Source: Alphaproteobacteria bacterium UBA6411 (GTDB lineage Bacteria; Pseudomonadota; Alphaproteobacteria; CAAGCB01; CAG-977). From it: a DNA stretch of 18,378 nucleotides. Each line of letters opens with the position of its first letter. The first letter of the stretch is position 1. A model generated the notes under the pieces. It was not told the origin of the DNA, made no database searches, and saw only the letters and a program-made list of their open reading frames with translations. Location: NCBI GenBank assembly GCA_002438565.1, contig DJPN01000015.1, positions 14,308-32,685 of the forward strand. Reading direction: 5' to 3'. A program made the translations under genes and the position numbers. This document shows, one piece after another, positions 14,992-18,378 of this stretch.

Positions 14992-15050
14992 TTTTCTTTT
15001 CCTTTGTTTGTTTTTCCCCGGATTCGCGTCCGGTCCGCTTCCCGCTTCTT

Positions 15051-15677
15051 TCAGCGGAAACTTTTCATCACTTTCTTTGCTCCGAACGCCAATATCGCAA
15101 CTGCCAGCATCGTTCCCGCGCCGTACAAAACCGCATCCGTAGCGTCCGCCAAGCTCAATCCCTCAACCATTCCCGTCAAACTTTCCGTTTTCGTCGGCGG
15201 TGTCCAGTTCGCCAAATCCCTGTTCGCGTATTCGCGCTGCAAATAATCAACCTCCAGACGACCATCAACCAACCATTTTCCGTTGGAATACACACCTACA
15301 TTTAAAAGTGTCTGCCGAACCCAATCGCCGTCGAGATTGTTTAAGCAAGTGCGCGCTCCTTTAGAAGGCCCGTCAAAACATCGTGGGTCTGTCGCGGCCT
15401 TGTAAAATAAACTGTTTGGATGTTCTTCAACTTCAGATTTGGGAACTCGCCGGTTTATTGCCGATAGTTCAAACTCATAGTCCGGCATTTCCGGCGATAT
15501 TTGATAATTCCGATCCGAAAAACACGAAACTTGCGCGCAAAAATCACCGGAATATATGCCCTCGTATAGAGCTTTCACAGTCGCATCGTCCGCTCCTGAA
15601 ATATTAAAATCGCTGGAAAGCGTATACTTTGAATCTCGCCCCTTAAGGTTGATTAACAGTCCCGCGTAATCGGTCAT
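15051..15677 (-). CDS. 208-aa protein with a C-terminal major-coat-like domain fused to a ~165-aa Cys-containing N-terminal domain
   Basis: The last 43 aa (SLTGMVEGLSLADATDAVLYGAGTMLAVAILAFGAKKVMKSFR) align without gaps to the mature coat protein of 14743-14991, with 14 of 43 identical. The hydrophobic core and basic tail are in the same positions. The start has an ATGA overlap with the upstream gene. No N-terminal signal peptide is evident. Confidence 0.6.
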   Translation of the reverse strand: MTDYAGLLINLKGRDSKYTLSSDFNISGADDATVKALYEGIYSGDFCAQVSCFSDRNYQISPEMPDYEFELSAINRRVPKSEVEEHPNSLFYKAATDPRCFDGPSKGARTCLNNLDGDWVRQTLLNVGVYSNGKWLVDGRLEVDYLQREYANRDLANWTPPTKTESLTGMVEGLSLADATDAVLYGAGTMLAVAILAFGAKKVMKSFR

Positions 15678-15910
15678 TCTTTAATCTCCGCCTTGAACAG
15701 CCGGATCATCGCCCCCGCGCCCGCCGCTATCAGATAACAGCACAGCACGGGACCGAACCCCGCCGCGAAAAACTCCGCTGCCGTTGACGCGTCAAAGATC
15801 GTCGGATCGCTCGAATATATATACCCCTCGACAAGCTTTAGCCCTTGTCCCTCCGGGCATATCCCCAATTCGTCCGACAGTCCTTCGACACACGTCAACA
15901 CCCGCTGCAT
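15674..15910 (-). CDS. 78-aa protein with a coat-like C-terminal TM segment (possible minor coat protein)
   Basis: The C-terminus DASTAAEFFAAGFGPVLCCYLIAAGAGAMIRLFKAEIKE shares the D-A...[FY]-A-A-G...hydrophobic...R-x-F-K pattern with the two downstream coat-like genes. It lies 3 nt after the upstream gene. Confidence 0.5.
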   Translation of the reverse strand: MQRVLTCVEGLSDELGICPEGQGLKLVEGYIYSSDPTIFDASTAAEFFAAGFGPVLCCYLIAAGAGAMIRLFKAEIKE

Positions 15911-15913
15911 CGC

Positions 15914-16231
15914 TTACAGCTCCGCCTTGAATTCCGCCACTTTTCGCAAATCGGCAATCCGCCCGTACAGCTTGTTGCCTTTGCCCTCGACGTATTCGAT
16001 TTTTGCGTCGTAATATCCCGGCGTCACTCCCGCAACCATTTGCGCCTTTTCGTTCATGAACGATGTTTCCGCGCTCACAAACCCGTTGCCCTTGTCACCC
16101 TGCGGACGCGCTTCCAAGTAGTTCAGTTTCCGCCCGAACACTTTTTCACCCGTCCCTTTGTCCACAAAGTCAAACACGTCCACGCCCGTCACCAATATCC
16201 GCTTCGTCCGCGTCATCCCGTTTTCACTCAT
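15914..16231 (-). CDS. putative ssDNA-binding protein (gV-like; by size and position only)
   Basis: 105 aa, soluble, with a beta-rich-looking Gly/Lys/Val composition. It lies between the replication module and the coat genes, where inoviruses place gV. AGGAAG RBS. No motif-level support. Confidence 0.4.
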   Translation of the reverse strand: MSENGMTRTKRILVTGVDVFDFVDKGTGEKVFGRKLNYLEARPQGDKGNGFVSAETSFMNEKAQMVAGVTPGYYDAKIEYVEGKGNKLYGRIADLRKVAEFKAEL

Positions 16232-16327
16232 CTTTCTTCTTCCTTTTCTCTACTTTCCATTTTTTCCCGTCCTCTCTCTCCCGTTCCCATGCCCGAGGAC
16301 CTCAAACATGCGGGGATTTTTTCTGGG

Positions 16328-16585
16328 TCACAAATACTTGTTTCGTATAGCGTCCCGCCGCGAAATCTCGGCTTTCAAAGACGCGATTTTCTTGTCTGCC
16401 GCCCTTATTTGCTTGTCCTTAGCCCTTATTTGCTTGTCCTTAGCCCGTAGTTCAAACATCCCGGCAATCAACCGCCAGCCTCTGATAACCAGCAAAATCG
16501 TTAAAATACAACTTGCCGCCAGCAATATCGCCGTCGTCACGTCTTCCATGTGCATGCTTGCCAATACCGTTTCTGTTAAGTTCAT
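16328..16585 (-). CDS. 85-aa TM plus coiled-coil protein with an internal heptad duplication
   Basis: An N-terminal TM (AILLAASCILTILLVI) is followed by RAKDKQI-RAKDKQI-RAADKKI, encoded by the 21-bp tandem repeat at 16401-16446. Confidence 0.5.
   Translation of the reverse strand: MNLTETVLASMHMEDVTTAILLAASCILTILLVIRGWRLIAGMFELRAKDKQIRAKDKQIRAADKKIASLKAEISRRDAIRNKYL
16401..16446. repeat. 21-bp in-frame tandem repeat (about 2.2 copies)
   Basis: GCCCTTATTTGCTTGTCCTTA occurs at 16401-16421 and again, identical, at 16422-16442, followed by a partial GCCCG. A degenerate copy lies just upstream (CTTGTCTGCC). Confidence 0.9.
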
Positions 16586-16588
16586 TTC

Positions 16589-16972
16589 TTAAAACCTTTC
16601 AAAACTGTAGCTTTTCAGCTCGTAATTCGACGACCTCGCGTAACTTTTAAAGCCGTTTCCCGACAGCGTTTTGCGGTATGACCACATATCCGCCGCCCGT
16701 TCCCGTCGCTCCAGCTTGTCAAGTTGTCGTTCCTTGTAAGCCAGATACCGCTCCGAATACGCCCGTTTGCGCGCTTGATACGCTTCCCGTTCCGCCCGCG
16801 CTTTCTTCTTTGCCGCCTTGTCCCTCGCCTTTTTGTCCGCGTCAAACAAAGCCATTATCGCGACAAATCCGAACAGCAGTATTTGCACAAACGACAGCTG
16901 TTTCGCCGTTTCCAGCAACGCCGAAATCACATCCGGCACCGCTTGCGCGATTATGTCACCTAAGCTCATCAT
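16589..16972 (-). CDS. 127-aa TM protein with a highly charged Lys/Arg/Glu-rich C-terminal region
   Basis: TM segment FVQILLFGFVAIMALF, then KKARDKAAKKKARAEREAYQARKRAY... The start (ATGATGA) overlaps the Rep stop. No family recognised. Confidence 0.5.
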   Translation of the reverse strand: MMSLGDIIAQAVPDVISALLETAKQLSFVQILLFGFVAIMALFDADKKARDKAAKKKARAEREAYQARKRAYSERYLAYKERQLDKLERRERAADMWSYRKTLSGNGFKSYARSSNYELKSYSFERF

Positions 16973-18378
16973 GCTACCGCCTCGCCTACAAACTTATACC
17001 GTTCCGCCGCAGCATCGCATTTGTCCGCGTGCTGTTTGTCGCTTTTGATTTGTCGGTAAACCTTGCCGAAAATAACTTCGACCTGCCTTTCATCGTAAAG
17101 CCCGTAGTTCACCAGAACCGACAAAGACCTTACGTCCCCGGCAATCCGCTTGATTGCCTGTGCCGCCAAAACCTGCCGTTGTCCTGTCACATATCGTCCG
17201 ATTGCAAGCCCGTAATTGCCGCAGAAAAATTGACGCCGAACGAATGTGTAAAGCGGATGATATGCCCAGCGGCTTCGGTTTTTGTCGGAACTCGGCACGG
17301 TCAAGCGGCGGATATTCAACGCTTCGCTGATCAGTTCGTTGCGGAACTCTTCGAATTGCTCAAACGTCAATATGCCGCGATTGCGCAAAAATTCGCTGAA
17401 AAACCTCACTTCAAACCGCCAAATGTTCGCTTTTGCGACCATGCCCCAAAGCTTGTAAAAGTATGTTTTGCCTGAAGCTTGTTCGATTTCTTTCGCTTTG
17501 TCGTAAACTTGCAGCTGCAAGCTTTTCTTTGTCCCGATTGTCAGCGTGTCCAATCGCCCCGATTGGATGTACATGCTCAACAGTTCATCATTTCGCGCCT
17601 TGCATTTTGCAGGCAAAACAAGCCCGTCCAGTATTGACGGCTTCAAGCATTCCGCGAATTTTTCGCTGTAAAAGTCGGTTGCAACGTCGATACGGCTTAA
17701 CCGCGCGTAATCCGCCGAACGCGGCACGCTGATTTTATCCAACAGGCGGAAAATTTGGTCGCGCAAAGCTTCTATGCCCCACTCTATCAGCCCCGCCGAC
17801 AGATAACGCACCGAAACCGCCCAATCGTTTGCCGGATTGCTGATTAAAAGCATCACGTCGTCCGTTTGAAGCATATAGGTAAATCCTTTTGCCCCGCGCG
17901 GGCTGATTTGAAATTCCGACGCACCGAATTTCAAACTCGGAATCGTGATGTCGTGCCCGACATATTGCGCCTGTTCTTGATACTGTTTCAGCTGTTCGAC
18001 ATAACATTCTTTGATTGATACGTTGAAACATTCTTGAATGGAATCGTACCCCGTCCATAACGGTTTGAAAAAATCTTCTTCCGGCTCTGTATCCCGCACG
18101 TCCCTTAGGTTTTTCGTTTGCGGCTTGTATTTGATGCACCCCCTGTTAGACAACGGGGGTGCAAAGTTCGACCCCGGCAAATTTTTTTTGCAGTAAAGGT
18201 TCAGTTCGGGCAAAATCCGCGCCACTCGGTCAAAATTAGAACCGTTCAAATATCTTGCCCGCTTTATCGCAAATTCGCCCCGTTCGCTTAAATGCGCAAA
18301 TTCGTATGTCGTATATGCCGCGATTTCTTCGTCTGTGAAAAAGTTTGCCAGAAATTCCGGTTTGTCTTCCTGCAGGTT
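16969..18378 (-). CDS. rolling-circle replication initiator, Rep_trans-like (gII functional analogue); start uncertain, possibly 5'-partial
   Basis: The motifs RIDVATDF, LTIGTKKSLQLQVYDKAKE and WRFEVRF resemble the replication initiation factor (Rep_trans) family. The ORF track starts it at TTG 18249, which has no convincing RBS. The same frame has no stop from 18250 to the window edge and no ATG in the first 125 codons after 18249. The true start may therefore lie beyond 18378. Confidence 0.7.
   Translation of the reverse strand, partial: NLQEDKPEFLANFFTDEEIAAYTTYEFAHLSERGEFAIKRARYLNGSNFDRVARILPELNLYCKKNLPGSNFAPPLSNRGCIKYKPQTKNLRDVRDTEPEEDFFKPLWTGYDSIQECFNVSIKECYVEQLKQYQEQAQYVGHDITIPSLKFGASEFQISPRGAKGFTYMLQTDDVMLLISNPANDWAVSVRYLSAGLIEWGIEALRDQIFRLLDKISVPRSADYARLSRIDVATDFYSEKFAECLKPSILDGLVLPAKCKARNDELLSMYIQSGRLDTLTIGTKKSLQLQVYDKAKEIEQASGKTYFYKLWGMVAKANIWRFEVRFFSEFLRNRGILTFEQFEEFRNELISEALNIRRLTVPSSDKNRSRWAYHPLYTFVRRQFFCGNYGLAIGRYVTGQRQVLAAQAIKRIAGDVRSLSVLVNYGLYDERQVEVIFGKVYRQIKSDKQHADKCDAAAERYKFVGEAVA

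Larger units (their letters stand above)
8170..18378 (-). mobile_element. integrated filamentous (inovirus-type) prophage including a terminal IS110-family recombinase; its far end lies beyond the window
   Basis: A co-directional, tightly coupled module: Rep_trans-like initiator, small TM proteins, major coat, pIII-like, pVI-like, Zot/pI, pIV secretin, then a hairpin-rich non-coding region and a DEDD recombinase. The left boundary is inferred from the break in the host repeat at ~8170. Confidence 0.8.

Overview
The window has two parts. (1) Positions 1 to ~8170 look like ordinary chromosomal backbone. It carries tRNA-Val(CAC), an orphan VirB8-like protein, a membrane protein, radC, map, sfsA, a secreted hypothetical, an aldose 1-epimerase family gene, pyk, a lipoprotein and a Cys-poor L36 (rpmJ). 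The L36 form suggests an alphaproteobacterium, which is inference only. This part ends in two 81-82 nt REP-like direct repeats spaced 121 bp apart. (2) Positions ~8170 to 18378 (right window edge) are an integrated filamentous, inovirus-type prophage with all genes on the minus strand, mostly separated by 3-4 nt or ATGA overlaps. The order is a Rep_trans-like replication initiator, two small TM/charged proteins, a gV-sized protein, three tandem genes with coat-like C-termini (78 aa, 208 aa and the 82-aa signal-peptide major coat), a 27-aa hydrophobic ORF, a 587-aa pIII-like adsorption protein, a pVI-like protein, Zot/pI, a pIV secretin and a TM-anchored DUF2726 protein. These are followed by a ~330-bp hairpin-dense non-coding region and an IS110-family (DEDD) recombinase that directly abuts the host repeats. 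The most interesting hypothesis is that this recombinase is the phage integrase, as reported for Neisseria Nf/MDA filamentous prophages. Its ~145-nt structured leader, which has its own promoter, would then be a candidate bridge/seek-type guide RNA. Other items worth a look are the coat-domain paralogues, the DUF2726 cargo gene and a 25-aa hydrophobic ORF convergent with it. All functional calls come from reading motifs by eye; no searches were run.
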